A stretch of DNA of 56,594 bases from Flavobacteriales bacterium (lineage in GTDB: Bacteria; Bacteroidota; Bacteroidia; Flavobacteriales; BACL11). A program made the translations under genes and the position numbers. The notes under the pieces were generated by a model that worked only from the letters and a program-made list of their open reading frames with translations, was not told the origin of the DNA and made no database searches. The stretch is taken from NCBI GenBank assembly GCA_036012565.1, contig DASCPP010000071.1, positions 1-56,594 of the forward strand. The letters are read 5' to 3'. Shown here in pieces: positions 1-9,483 of this stretch. How positions within the stretch are numbered: the stretch's first letter is position 1; each line of letters begins with the position of its first letter.

Positions 1-832
1 TAGTGGAAATGTTGGTGTTTAAAACATCTATAAGCATAGTATCTGAATGAAGCTGACCAATACTATCAGTAATTACTCCTGCTACAAAAGTAGATTGAGT
101 GGGGGCGTAAAAAAGGGTGTCTCCACCACCTATCATCTGGCCAGTACTTACATCATACCAATTTACACCACCTCCTGTAAGTATATGCACTCTACCTATT
201 TGTCCTGTAGTTCCTAAAAAACTGCCAGGTGGGGCAACCCCACCCGCTAAAACACTTTGATAGTACAATCTATTTAATTGTGTAGGATTGCCATCAATAA
301 TTACATTAGCTCCAGCAGTAGCACTATAAGAATTATAAACCTGTCCAGAGGATCCTGCTCCAGCCAGATGTCTTGCGCCAATTACACCATAATATTGCCC
401 GGAATCAATGCTTATATTACATAACATATAATTTGATGTAGAATCGTCAATTGAAGAAAAAAGAGTTGAAAAAGAAACCCCAGTAGTTGTTGGCGGATAG
501 GAGTTCCAAACTCCACCTAGAGAATCGCCAAATATCACAAACTGAACAGATTGATTATATCCAGGGCCTGAATTTTCAGTAGCACACATTAAGCCAGTAA
601 TAATAAATGAAGATTGAGCCTGAAAATGAAACCCTCTAGTAAGAGTTGATGTAAAATTTGAAGCATGAACTCCACATATTACAGTATCCATACCAGCACC
701 TTGACTTCCTCCTTGTAATGATGCAATTACCTCTGCTGTATCATTTAAGCATATAGTTTGATCATTTCCAACATTAATTTGTCCATATCCAATAATTGGC
801 AAGCAAAATAATATTATTAGTAGTTTTTTCAT
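1..832 (-). CDS. Secreted protein of unknown function, 3' end beyond the window (not in the ORF track); possible T9SS/surface protein
   Basis: Hand translation: ATG at 832, MKKLLIILFCLPIIGYG|QINVGNDQTICLNDTAEV..., no stop through position 2 (277 codons); Sec signal peptide followed by Gln; Gly/Thr/Ser-rich. Confidence 0.85.
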   Translation of the reverse strand, partial: MKKLLIILFCLPIIGYGQINVGNDQTICLNDTAEVIASLQGGSQGAGMDTVICGVHASNFTSTLTRGFHFQAQSSFIITGLMCATENSGPGYNQSVQFVIFGDSLGGVWNSYPPTTTGVSFSTLFSSIDDSTSNYMLCNISIDSGQYYGVIGARHLAGAGSSGQVYNSYSATAGANVIIDGNPTQLNRLYYQSVLAGGVAPPGSFLGTTGQIGRVHILTGGGVNWYDVSTGQMIGGGDTLFYAPTQSTFVAGVITDSIGQLHSDTMLIDVLNTNIST

Positions 833-834
833 AA
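787..834 (-). repeat. Dispersed repeat copy 1: signal-peptide-encoding leader (MKKLLIILFCLPIIG)
   Basis: 43/48 nt identical to 32346-32393 by manual alignment. Confidence 0.85.
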
Positions 835-851
835 TGCTAAAGTATGAAAAA

Positions 852-880
852 AGTCAGGATGAGAGGACTTGAACTTCTCT
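852..880 (-). other. tRNA-Pro-like 3' fragment (T-arm, acceptor 3' strand, discriminator); not a complete tRNA
   Basis: Minus strand AGAAG-TTCAAGT-CCTCT-CATCCTG-A-CT: T-loop, 4/5-bp T-stem, acceptor strand complementary to CAGGATG (C1:G72, A73 typical of tRNA-Pro); no D or anticodon arm. Confidence 0.7.
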
Positions 881-883
881 ACT

Positions 884-1471
884 TTATAAATCTCTCATAA
901 ATTGTTTTGAAATATATTTCCCTAAAATATCATACTCAATATTCACTACCATTCCTACTTCAAATGTGAGGAAATTAGTATGCTCAAAAGTATAAGGAAT
1001 TAAAGCTACTGAAAAAGAAGTATCTTTGGAATTAACAACTGTCAAACTTACCCCATTTACACAAACTGAACCTTTTTCCACCGTCATATTATCGGATTCC
1101 TTGTGCTTAAAAGTAAACACATAAGAACCTTTCTCTTCTTTAATTTCAGTGCATTTTGCAGTTTGATCCACATGACCTTGTACCATATGTCCGTCCAATC
1201 TATCACCTAATTTCATGCACCTTTCCATGTTTACTTTACTTCCTACATTCAAAAGTCCAAGGTTTGATTTATCTAACGTTTCCTTAATGGCAGTTACCAT
1301 ATAGTTATTGCCATTAATATCAACTACTGTTAAACAAACCCCATTATGCGCCACAGATTGATCAATTTTCAACTCTTTTGTAATGTTTGATTTTAAGGTA
1401 ATATTTAGATTACTCCCTTCATCTTCAACTTTAACAACCTCAGCTATTTGCTCAATTATTCCTGTAAACAT
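884..1471 (-). CDS. ribE: Riboflavin synthase (alpha chain)
   Basis: MFTGII N-terminus; two lumazine-binding repeats (NGVCLTV / NGVSLTV); GHMVQGHVD. Confidence 0.96.
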   Translation of the reverse strand: MFTGIIEQIAEVVKVEDEGSNLNITLKSNITKELKIDQSVAHNGVCLTVVDINGNNYMVTAIKETLDKSNLGLLNVGSKVNMERCMKLGDRLDGHMVQGHVDQTAKCTEIKEEKGSYVFTFKHKESDNMTVEKGSVCVNGVSLTVVNSKDTSFSVALIPYTFEHTNFLTFEVGMVVNIEYDILGKYISKQFMRDL

Positions 1472-4093
1472 TTACTGTACTTTTTTTGTATTTCCCCTTA
1501 TCAAAATCACTATTCCTTTTAATTTATAGGAAGAAGTTCTATTTAATTTTAATTCATTAATAGTGCAAACATAAAAATAAACCCCTTCACTGCAATCGCC
1601 CTTTTCACCTCTTTTTCTTCCATTCCAATTTATTTTCACCTCATTAGTTTGAAAAACCTCTTGCCCCCAACGGTTAAATATTTTCATATCCACACTTTCA
1701 ATATGCTTGTTTTTTATCGGCACGAAAAGGTCATTCACATTATCCTTATTTGGCGAAAAAACATTTGGCAACTTATATTCTGGGCAATTTTCAGCACAAA
1801 TTTGGTTGCTAATTACACTTTCATTACCGAAAGAATCAGTTGCCGTAACTACATAACAGCCAGCAATAGAGTTCAAATTTTCATAAAAATAATAAGTGCT
1901 ATCCATTGTAGCAATAAACTTTTTATCGTTCCCATTTAATAGATAAATAGTATAAATTTCTGTATCCTCCAAACAGACACTATCACTCTCAAAATAAAAA
2001 TGCAGTTGGCTGTTTTTACAATCCTCTACAATAGTAATTTCAGGAGGGCAAGGAGAGGCGCTATCAATCGGAGAACTGCACAAATTATTACTTAAATTGA
2101 TAAGTGGACTAATGGTTTTTGTGCCAGAATATCTGCCGATTGTTTTCACAAAATAACAATACATTTCTCCATTTTTTAGTCCCTTGTCCAAATAAAAATT
2201 ATCTGTTGTTGTGGCGATAGAATCAAAGACGATAGCATTTGGATTTTTCCTAAAAACAACAAAAGCAGTATCTTCCCAAGGCGTATTACTTTCTAAATTT
2301 AGCACTATTGCATTGTCCTGTGGGCTAAGGGTAAGCCAATGGGATGTTGCTAAACTTTTTCCTACCAAACTTCCATCAAAAAGCTGAATTTTATAAAAAT
2401 ATTGCTTGTTGTTTGCCGAGATTCCAACATCAAAATAAGTAGTGTCATTTATACCAATTGAAGTATAAATAGAATTGAAATTCTGCCCATCTTCTGAGCG
2501 AGAAAGTTCGTAAAAGGAATTAGTAGAAAAAGTTCCATCTTTTGGTTTGCTCCAAGCCACATACATTGCATTTACCAAATCCGGATGGTTTACACTCACA
2601 TTGGTAATTAGTGGACTAAAATTCAAAAGTTCTGCACATGCCTCTTCTGATATAATACTTTCTGCTCCATCTACAAATTTTGCTACAATTCGATAACAAT
2701 AATTCACTCCTTCACCAAGACCTTCCCCATTATTATCATCTACAAATAAGGTGTTGTTAAGCCCGATTATTTCTCCGATTTTTGAAAATCCACTTCCATT
2801 GGGTATGCCTGTTGTGCAACTATCCAAAGCCAAATTGCTTGTCGCCTGTTTTCGGTAAACTAAGTAGGAAGTCGCATTGCTGCAAATACTTTCGTTCCAA
2901 GAAATAGCAATGGCTTTTTGTATTTGCATCACGCTATCCACTTTTACATTCTCTATTTTTGGAGCAATAATTTTTATCTCCACTGATTGCATAGTAGAAA
3001 GTGCCACAGCCGAATGGGATTGTTCCTTTACTTTCAGCACCAACCCATAAGGGCTTTTTCGTACATCTGCACAAAAGGTTGGTATGGTCAAATTAGAGGA
3101 AATACTTTGTGTGTCTACAATTTCCGAAAAAGCAAAAAGGCCTGAAGTTCCTGATAATTTAATTTTTTGAAAAGCAGTATCTACAATGGTGCTGCCAAAT
3201 GGAATAGCGCTACTTCCCCAATAGTAATTTCCAAAATTATCGGTAAAAATACTATCCTCATCCCATGCTAAAATTGGGATATTTAAACTATCGCCAGCAA
3301 CTACACAAAAATTATTTTGCACCTGAATTTTAGGTGGATGGTTATTAATGGTATTGGGTGCAACAGTAATTTGCATATCTCGAACTATACTTCCAACTTT
3401 CACTCCATTTCGCCACTCTTCAATCAGAATTGCAATATTATATTCGCCCACCATTGTGGGGCTATCCCATATCAGATTTCCGCTTGCATCTATGGTCAAA
3501 CTATTAGAAGCGTCTGGGAATTGATAACCCACAAGATTATTTCCGTTTTCTCCTTTACAAGAAATTAAAGCATAACTTAAACTATCTCCATCAGAATCGT
3601 GTGCAGAAGGATTATGAATAAAAGGAATGCCCACCACCGCTTTATCAATTGGGGAATGGAGCAAAATAGGCGAACTATTATTTCCAATTAGCGGATTTAT
3701 CATCAAAATACTTTCTAAATAAAAAGAAACATCCACCGAGTTTGGAATATTTGCAACCCCTGCATTTCTGTTAGGATCTTCCATAGCAATAATATAAGTA
3801 CCTACTGCCGGAAAAGTATGCACTCCAGAATATTCGTTTTTTGAGATATTAATTCCTGCTAATGTTTCAGAAATTCTAGGGAAAGTATCTTGTGTATTAT
3901 CTGAAAATATAAAGTATAATTCTGTTCTTTGCTGATGGGCAAGTGTGGTGGGGTCGGTAAAAGTTATGAGTGTTATTTCAAAAGTTAATGGCCCTATTTG
4001 TTTGTATGTTATCTCGCCAGCCCTATTGTGTGTTGCCATCATTTGCAAGGGGAAAAACAATATAAAAAACAATATATAAACTTTTTTTAGCAT
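1472..4093 (-). CDS. T9SS type B (gliding motility-associated C-terminal domain) surface protein with Fn3-like repeats
   Basis: Signal peptide, ATHNRAGEITY start, YCYRI/YCYFV repeats, C-terminal PNVFSPNxDxxNDxF...IFNRWG...GVYFY. Confidence 0.85.
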   Translation of the reverse strand: MLKKVYILFFILFFPLQMMATHNRAGEITYKQIGPLTFEITLITFTDPTTLAHQQRTELYFIFSDNTQDTFPRISETLAGINISKNEYSGVHTFPAVGTYIIAMEDPNRNAGVANIPNSVDVSFYLESILMINPLIGNNSSPILLHSPIDKAVVGIPFIHNPSAHDSDGDSLSYALISCKGENGNNLVGYQFPDASNSLTIDASGNLIWDSPTMVGEYNIAILIEEWRNGVKVGSIVRDMQITVAPNTINNHPPKIQVQNNFCVVAGDSLNIPILAWDEDSIFTDNFGNYYWGSSAIPFGSTIVDTAFQKIKLSGTSGLFAFSEIVDTQSISSNLTIPTFCADVRKSPYGLVLKVKEQSHSAVALSTMQSVEIKIIAPKIENVKVDSVMQIQKAIAISWNESICSNATSYLVYRKQATSNLALDSCTTGIPNGSGFSKIGEIIGLNNTLFVDDNNGEGLGEGVNYCYRIVAKFVDGAESIISEEACAELLNFSPLITNVSVNHPDLVNAMYVAWSKPKDGTFSTNSFYELSRSEDGQNFNSIYTSIGINDTTYFDVGISANNKQYFYKIQLFDGSLVGKSLATSHWLTLSPQDNAIVLNLESNTPWEDTAFVVFRKNPNAIVFDSIATTTDNFYLDKGLKNGEMYCYFVKTIGRYSGTKTISPLINLSNNLCSSPIDSASPCPPEITIVEDCKNSQLHFYFESDSVCLEDTEIYTIYLLNGNDKKFIATMDSTYYFYENLNSIAGCYVVTATDSFGNESVISNQICAENCPEYKLPNVFSPNKDNVNDLFVPIKNKHIESVDMKIFNRWGQEVFQTNEVKINWNGRKRGEKGDCSEGVYFYVCTINELKLNRTSSYKLKGIVILIRGNTKKVQ

Positions 4094-5217
4094 TAATAAT
4101 CAATTTCTTGCACTTCCATTTTTTTAGGGTTACGCCTATATTCATATTTTTGGTTTCGTAATTGAGGAGTAAAACCAGCTTTTTTTATACACTGTACTAT
4201 ACTTTCAGATGTAAAACGGTGGGGAGCACCTGCTGCAGAAACCACATTTTCTTCCAACATGATAGACCCCATATCATTTGAGCCTCCATGCAAAGTAAGT
4301 TGAGCAGTATCCGCTCCAACGGTAAGCCATGAAGTCTGAATATTTTTAATATTCGGAAGCATAATTCTGCAAATAGCAATCATTCGGATATACTCATCAG
4401 CAGAAGTTTCATTGTTGACACCTTTTACCCTTTGCAAAAGCGTTCCATCATCCATAAATGGCCAGGGAATAAATGCCAAAAAACCATTTTCTCCTTCTGG
4501 TTTTTGGGCTTGCACTTCCCTAATTCTAACCAAATGATCAAAACGTTCTTCTAGGGTTTCAATATGTCCGAACATCATGGTGGCAGAGGTGGTTAAACCT
4601 ATTTGATGAGCGACTTTCATAATATCTAACCATTCTTGTCCAGTGCATTTTCCTTTGGAAATAAGTCTTCTTACTCTATCACTCAAAATTTCTGCTCCAG
4701 CCCCTGGCATACTATCCATTCCTGCTTCTTTAAGTGCAGTAAGCACTTTAAGGTGAGTATGTCCTCCTATTTTACATATATGCGCTACTTCTGGCGGTCC
4801 AAGTGCATGCAGCCTTACATTAGGAAATAATGTTTTTAACTCCTTGAAGAGTTTAGTGTAATATTCTAATCCTAAATCTGGATGATGTCCTCCTTGCAAT
4901 AACAATTGATCACCACCATATTCAATGGTTTCAGCGATTTTTGTTTTATAAGTTTCAATATCTGTAACATATACTTCTTCATGCTTAGGATGTCGAAAAA
5001 AGTTACAAAACTTACAATTTGCAGTACATGCATTTGTAGTATTCACATTCCTATCAATCTGCCATGTTACTATATTCCCAGACACTTGTATTTGCCTTAA
5101 TTTATTTGCTACACCCATCAACTCTGTGGTTGGCAGATTCTCAAATAAAAACTGTCCTTCCTCTGCCGTTAAGAAGTCTTTTTTTAATGCCTTTGCTATC
5201 AATTGCTTACTCTCCAT
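4093..5217 (-). CDS. mqnC: Cyclic dehypoxanthinyl futalosine synthase (radical SAM, CofH/MqnC family)
   Basis: DRNVNTTNACTANCKFC (CxxxCxxC), LLQGG, PGAGAEIL, ATMMFGH, GSIMLEENVV; start moved to ATG 5217. Confidence 0.85.
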   Translation of the reverse strand: MESKQLIAKALKKDFLTAEEGQFLFENLPTTELMGVANKLRQIQVSGNIVTWQIDRNVNTTNACTANCKFCNFFRHPKHEEVYVTDIETYKTKIAETIEYGGDQLLLQGGHHPDLGLEYYTKLFKELKTLFPNVRLHALGPPEVAHICKIGGHTHLKVLTALKEAGMDSMPGAGAEILSDRVRRLISKGKCTGQEWLDIMKVAHQIGLTTSATMMFGHIETLEERFDHLVRIREVQAQKPEGENGFLAFIPWPFMDDGTLLQRVKGVNNETSADEYIRMIAICRIMLPNIKNIQTSWLTVGADTAQLTLHGGSNDMGSIMLEENVVSAAGAPHRFTSESIVQCIKKAGFTPQLRNQKYEYRRNPKKMEVQEIDY

Positions 5218-5226
5218 AAAAATCAT

Positions 5227-5248
5227 TAGTTTTGCGACTTCAAAATTA
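5227..5248. promoter_or_regulatory. Overlapping divergent -7 promoter elements for pepA (+) and mqnC (-)
   Basis: TAGTTTTG at 5227-5234 (+) and TAATTTTG at 5248-5241 (-) match the Bacteroidota TAnnTTTG consensus within a 41-bp gap. Confidence 0.55.
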
Positions 5249-5258
5249 CACAATTTAT

Positions 5259-6680
5259 ATGAAGACGCTAATCAAAAAGAAAACAACAATCTCTGATAAA
5301 GATAACTTAATTCTGATATGTGATAAAAAAAGCAATTTAAAAAGCTTTGATTTCAGCAAATCAGAACTTGGTTTTATCGAAAAACAGCAGAAAGAAAAGA
5401 AGGAAATTATTGCAATAAATCAGTACAGTAGAATAATTTTTGTTGTAAACCCAAAAAAAGAGAAAGATACCAAGCAACACCAAGAAAATTGCAGAATGCT
5501 TGGCGACCAATTACAAGGAAATTTAAAAGATAAAAAGTCCGTACTTATTGTGGATATAAAAGGAAATCAGAGGGAAGTTTTGGTAATAACTGAGGGAATG
5601 GCATTAGCCAATTATACTTTTACAACATACAAAACAGAGGCAACCCTAAATAAATTAGAAACGATTTATTTATGTAAAAATGCAAATAAAAAAGATATTA
5701 ATGAATTGCAAAACATTATTGATTCCGTTTATTTAACAAGGGATTTAGTAAATGAACCTTTTTCTCATTTAACAGCAAAAGATTTAGCAGAGTCGGCAAA
5801 AAAAGCTGGAAAAAATAGTGGGTTTAAAACAACTATTTTAAATAAAAAGAAAATAGAATCTTTGAAAATGGGAGGGCTTTTGGCGGTAAATAAAGGAAGT
5901 ATTGATGATCCCACTTTCTCCATTATGGAGTGGAAACCAAAAAAGGCTACAAACAAAAAACCTATTGTTTTGGTAGGAAAAGGAATTGTGTATGATACGG
6001 GAGGTTTGAGCTTAAAACCAACTGCCAATTCTATGGATATGATGAAAGTAGATATGGGTGGAGCTGGGACTGTAATTGGGGCAATGCATGCCATTGCTGC
6101 TAATAAAATCCCTGTTCATGTAATTGCATTAGTTCCGGCAACTGACAATCGTCCATCTGGGAATGCCTATGCCCCTGGGGATGTCATTTACATGCATGAT
6201 GGCACATCAGTTGAGGTATTAAATACAGATGCAGAAGGAAGATTAGTTTTGGCGGACGCCCTGAGTTTTGCAAAAAAATACAAGCCAGAATTGGTAATTG
6301 ATTTAGCAACCTTAACAGGTGCGGCTGCTGCTGCAATTGGTCATTTTGGAATTGTAAGTATGCATGAAGGGGCTGAGAAGGAACATGCTACTTTGAAAAA
6401 AATTGGGGAAGAAACCCATGAACGCTTGGCTGAAATGCCTTTTTGGTCCGATTATGATGAATTGATAAAATCGGATGTTGCCGATATTAAAAATTTAGGA
6501 GGGCCTTTTGGCGGAGCAATTACTGCTGGTAAGTTTTTGGCTCATTTTGCCGATTACCCTTGGATACATCTGGATATTGCAGGGTCAACTTTTGTGAAAG
6601 CAAAATATGGGTATAGAGGAAAAGGTGCCACAGGAATGGGTGTAAGATTGTTATATCATTTCATAAAAAACAGAGTGTAA
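5259..6680 (+). CDS. pepA: Leucyl aminopeptidase (M17)
   Basis: VGKGIVYDTGG, MKVDMGGA, NTDAEGRL, DLATLTGA; start moved to ATG 5259. Confidence 0.93.
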   Translation: MKTLIKKKTTISDKDNLILICDKKSNLKSFDFSKSELGFIEKQQKEKKEIIAINQYSRIIFVVNPKKEKDTKQHQENCRMLGDQLQGNLKDKKSVLIVDIKGNQREVLVITEGMALANYTFTTYKTEATLNKLETIYLCKNANKKDINELQNIIDSVYLTRDLVNEPFSHLTAKDLAESAKKAGKNSGFKTTILNKKKIESLKMGGLLAVNKGSIDDPTFSIMEWKPKKATNKKPIVLVGKGIVYDTGGLSLKPTANSMDMMKVDMGGAGTVIGAMHAIAANKIPVHVIALVPATDNRPSGNAYAPGDVIYMHDGTSVEVLNTDAEGRLVLADALSFAKKYKPELVIDLATLTGAAAAAIGHFGIVSMHEGAEKEHATLKKIGEETHERLAEMPFWSDYDELIKSDVADIKNLGGPFGGAITAGKFLAHFADYPWIHLDIAGSTFVKAKYGYRGKGATGMGVRLLYHFIKNRV

Positions 6681-7717
6681 TGGCAAGAATTAAAGTTGGT
6701 ATTTCTGTTGGAGATTTGAATGGAATTGGGATGGAAGTTATCATCAAAACTTTTTTAGATAATAGGGTGATGGAACTCTATACTCCTATTATTTTTGGTG
6801 GGGCGAAAACATCTTCCTATCACCGAAAAGCATTAGAAATAAAAGATTTTAGCTTTAACATCATAAACAAGATAAAAGATATAAATATTAAAAGAGCAAA
6901 TCTGCTAAATTGTTGGAATGAAGAAGTTGAAATCAAATTTGGGGAGCCCTCAGAAACTGCTGGGAAGTATGCTTTTAAGTCCTTAGAGAAAGTAACAGAT
7001 GCTCTAAAAAATAAGGAGGTGAATGTTTTGGTAACGGCTCCTATTAGTAAAACAAATATTCAGAAAACCCAAAGTGCATTTATTGGGCATACCGAATATT
7101 TAGGGCAACAATTTGATGGAAACCCTTTAATGATAATGCTATCTGATGTGATGCGAATCGCATTTGTTACAGGACATATTCCACTTTCAGAAGTAGCCAA
7201 TTCTTTATCAGAAAAAAAGATATTATCTAAAATAGAGCAGTTGTCAAAAACCTTAATTCAAGATTTTGGCATTTCAAAACCAAAGATTGCAGTAATTGGA
7301 TTAAACCCTCATGCTGGGGAAGACGGCATGCTAGGAACAGAAGAAAAAGAAATTATTTTGCCAGCTATCAAAAAGGCAAAACAGAAAGATATTTTGGCTT
7401 TTGGGCCGTATTCTGCTGATAGTTTTTTCACCAAAGAAATTTTACAAAATTTTGATGGCGTCTTGACCATGTATCACGATCAAGGGCTAATACCATTTAA
7501 AACCCTTTCTTTTTCAGAAGGGGTGAATTATACTGCCGGACTTTCCATTGTAAGAACTTCTCCCGTTCATGGAACGGCTTACGATATTGCTGGTAAAAAT
7601 TGTGCAAATGAAAAATCGTTCAGAAATGCGGTGTATATGGCATGCGAGATTTACAGAAAAAGAGAAGAATATAAAGCGCTTACATCTAATCCGCTTTTGA
7701 AGTTAAGCCCCAAATAA
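6680..7717 (+). CDS. pdxA: 4-hydroxythreonine-4-phosphate dehydrogenase
   Basis: GDLNGIG, TAPISK, GHTEYL, GLNPHAGE, MYHDQG, RTSPVHGTA. Confidence 0.95.
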   Translation: MARIKVGISVGDLNGIGMEVIIKTFLDNRVMELYTPIIFGGAKTSSYHRKALEIKDFSFNIINKIKDINIKRANLLNCWNEEVEIKFGEPSETAGKYAFKSLEKVTDALKNKEVNVLVTAPISKTNIQKTQSAFIGHTEYLGQQFDGNPLMIMLSDVMRIAFVTGHIPLSEVANSLSEKKILSKIEQLSKTLIQDFGISKPKIAVIGLNPHAGEDGMLGTEEKEIILPAIKKAKQKDILAFGPYSADSFFTKEILQNFDGVLTMYHDQGLIPFKTLSFSEGVNYTAGLSIVRTSPVHGTAYDIAGKNCANEKSFRNAVYMACEIYRKREEYKALTSNPLLKLSPK

Positions 7718-7781
7718 AAACAGGAGCTTTAAACTTTAATAAAAAAAAGACTATCTTTGCTACCCTTTTAAAAACAAGAAA

Positions 7782-8300
7782 ATGCCTAAACATTGGATAA
7801 GAATAGCGGGGCTAAAAGAAGGGGAGCATTGGCAAGAGTTTGAAATAAAGGATAAGTTCTTTCAGGCATATGAGTACTCGGATGTAAAAACAGGAAATTT
7901 TATCGTAAACACCCTAGTTGTAATAAGGGGTTTAGACAGAAAACTAACGATAAATATTGAGGGTATTATTACAAATTTGTTGTGTGATAATTGCGCCAGA
8001 AAATTAGAATGGCCAATTTCAATAATTTCAAATTTTGTAATTAAAGAGAGCGAGAAGGAGATGGAAAGCACAGATGAAGTGATTTATGTATTGACAAATC
8101 AGCATCAACTTATTATCAACCAATTAATTTTTGAGATGATAAACCTTGCTATTCCAAGCAAAAGAGCACACAACAAGAGTGAGGAAGGAGAATGTGATAA
8201 AGAAATGCTTGAATTGATGGAAAAATATGCTACAAATAAAAAGCAAGAGATTGACCCTAGATGGGAAATATTAAATAAATTAAAAGTAAAAACAAAATAA
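7782..8300 (+). CDS. DUF177/YceD family protein
   Basis: CDNC motif, C-terminal IDPRWEIL, position directly upstream of rpmF. Confidence 0.88.
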   Translation: MPKHWIRIAGLKEGEHWQEFEIKDKFFQAYEYSDVKTGNFIVNTLVVIRGLDRKLTINIEGIITNLLCDNCARKLEWPISIISNFVIKESEKEMESTDEVIYVLTNQHQLIINQLIFEMINLAIPSKRAHNKSEEGECDKEMLELMEKYATNKKQEIDPRWEILNKLKVKTK

Positions 8301-8301
8301 A

Positions 8302-8487
8302 ATGGCACATCCAAAGAGGAAAATATCAAAGCAAAGAAGAGATAAAAGAAGAACACACTATAAAGCTTCTGCTTCCACAATGTATAGTTGTCCTAATTGC
8401 GCAACTCCGGTATTATACCATAGAGTTTGTGAAGAATGTGGGCATTATAGAGGTAAGCAAGCTATTACCCAACAAGCAACAGTATAA
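8302..8487 (+). CDS. rpmF: 50S ribosomal protein L32
   Basis: MAHPKRKISKQRRDKRRTH; CxxC...CxxC zinc ribbon. Confidence 0.97.
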   Translation: MAHPKRKISKQRRDKRRTHYKASASTMYSCPNCATPVLYHRVCEECGHYRGKQAITQQATV

Positions 8488-8544
8488 AATCCAATAATTT
8501 TGTAGTTTTAGCCCCTTTATGATAAAACTACAATATTTCCAATA

Positions 8545-9483
8545 ATGAGGATTGGAGTCGATATAATGGGGGGAGATTATGCTCCCAAAAAAACCATTCA
8601 CGGAGCAATTCTTGCTCTAAAGGAACTCCCTGTTGATACAGAAATTGCTTTGTTTGGTAGAGAAGTCGAGATTCTTTCTGAACTAAAAAAGCATCAACTA
8701 AGTGTCGATAAATTTACAATTGTAGACTGCTCTGATATTATTGAAATGGGAGAACACCCCACAAAAGCATTTAAAACCAAACCAGATTCTTCTATCTCTA
8801 AAGGATTTGCATACTTAGCAAAAGGAGAAATAGATGGCTTTGCGTCTGCCGGAAATACTGGCGCTATGTTTGTTGGTAGTTTTTATTCTGTAAAAGCAAT
8901 TACGGGTATTTTAAGGCCTGCTATCTCAACTCTTATTCCTAGGGAAGATGGTGGCGTAACGGTTCTTTTAGATGTTGGAGCAAATGCAGATTGCAAACCA
9001 GATGTATTGTATCAGTTTGGTATTTTGGGCTCATTGTTTTCCAAGTATGTTTGTGAGATAAAAAACCCAAAAGTGGGGTTACTAAATTTGGGAGAGGAAA
9101 AAACAAAAGGAAACCTACTTACCAAAGCCACTTATCAGATGATGGAAAATAATTCTGATTTCAATTTTACAGGAAATATAGAAGGAAGAGATATATTTGA
9201 TTCCCAAACAGATGTGATTGTTTGTGACGGTTTTACGGGGAATATTGTGCTTAAAGAAGCAGAGGCTTTTTACAATTTAATTACTAAAAGAGGAATAGAA
9301 GACGATTATTTCAAGCGATTCAATTACGAAAATTATGGAGGAACACCTATTTTAGGATTAAATAAATCCGTTATTATTGGGCATGGAATTTCAAACGAGA
9401 TTGCGATAAAAAATATGATTATTTTAACCAAAGATGTAGTGGAAGCAAACCTTATTGATAAAGTAAAAGAAACATTAAGCTAA
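8545..9483 (+). CDS. plsX: Phosphate acyltransferase PlsX
   Basis: [32 protein letters not shown]. Confidence 0.96.
   Translation: MRIGVDIMGGDYAPKKTIHGAILALKELPVDTEIALFGREVEILSELKKHQLSVDKFTIVDCSDIIEMGEHPTKAFKTKPDSSISKGFAYLAKGEIDGFASAGNTGAMFVGSFYSVKAITGILRPAISTLIPREDGGVTVLLDVGANADCKPDVLYQFGILGSLFSKYVCEIKNPKVGLLNLGEEKTKGNLLTKATYQMMENNSDFNFTGNIEGRDIFDSQTDVIVCDGFTGNIVLKEAEAFYNLITKRGIEDDYFKRFNYENYGGTPILGLNKSVIIGHGISNEIAIKNMIILTKDVVEANLIDKVKETLS

Noticed and set aside
852-880. Complete tRNA gene (likewise at 32435-32458)
   Set aside because: Only the T-arm and acceptor 3' strand are present; the upstream sequence is protein-coding, with no D or anticodon arm
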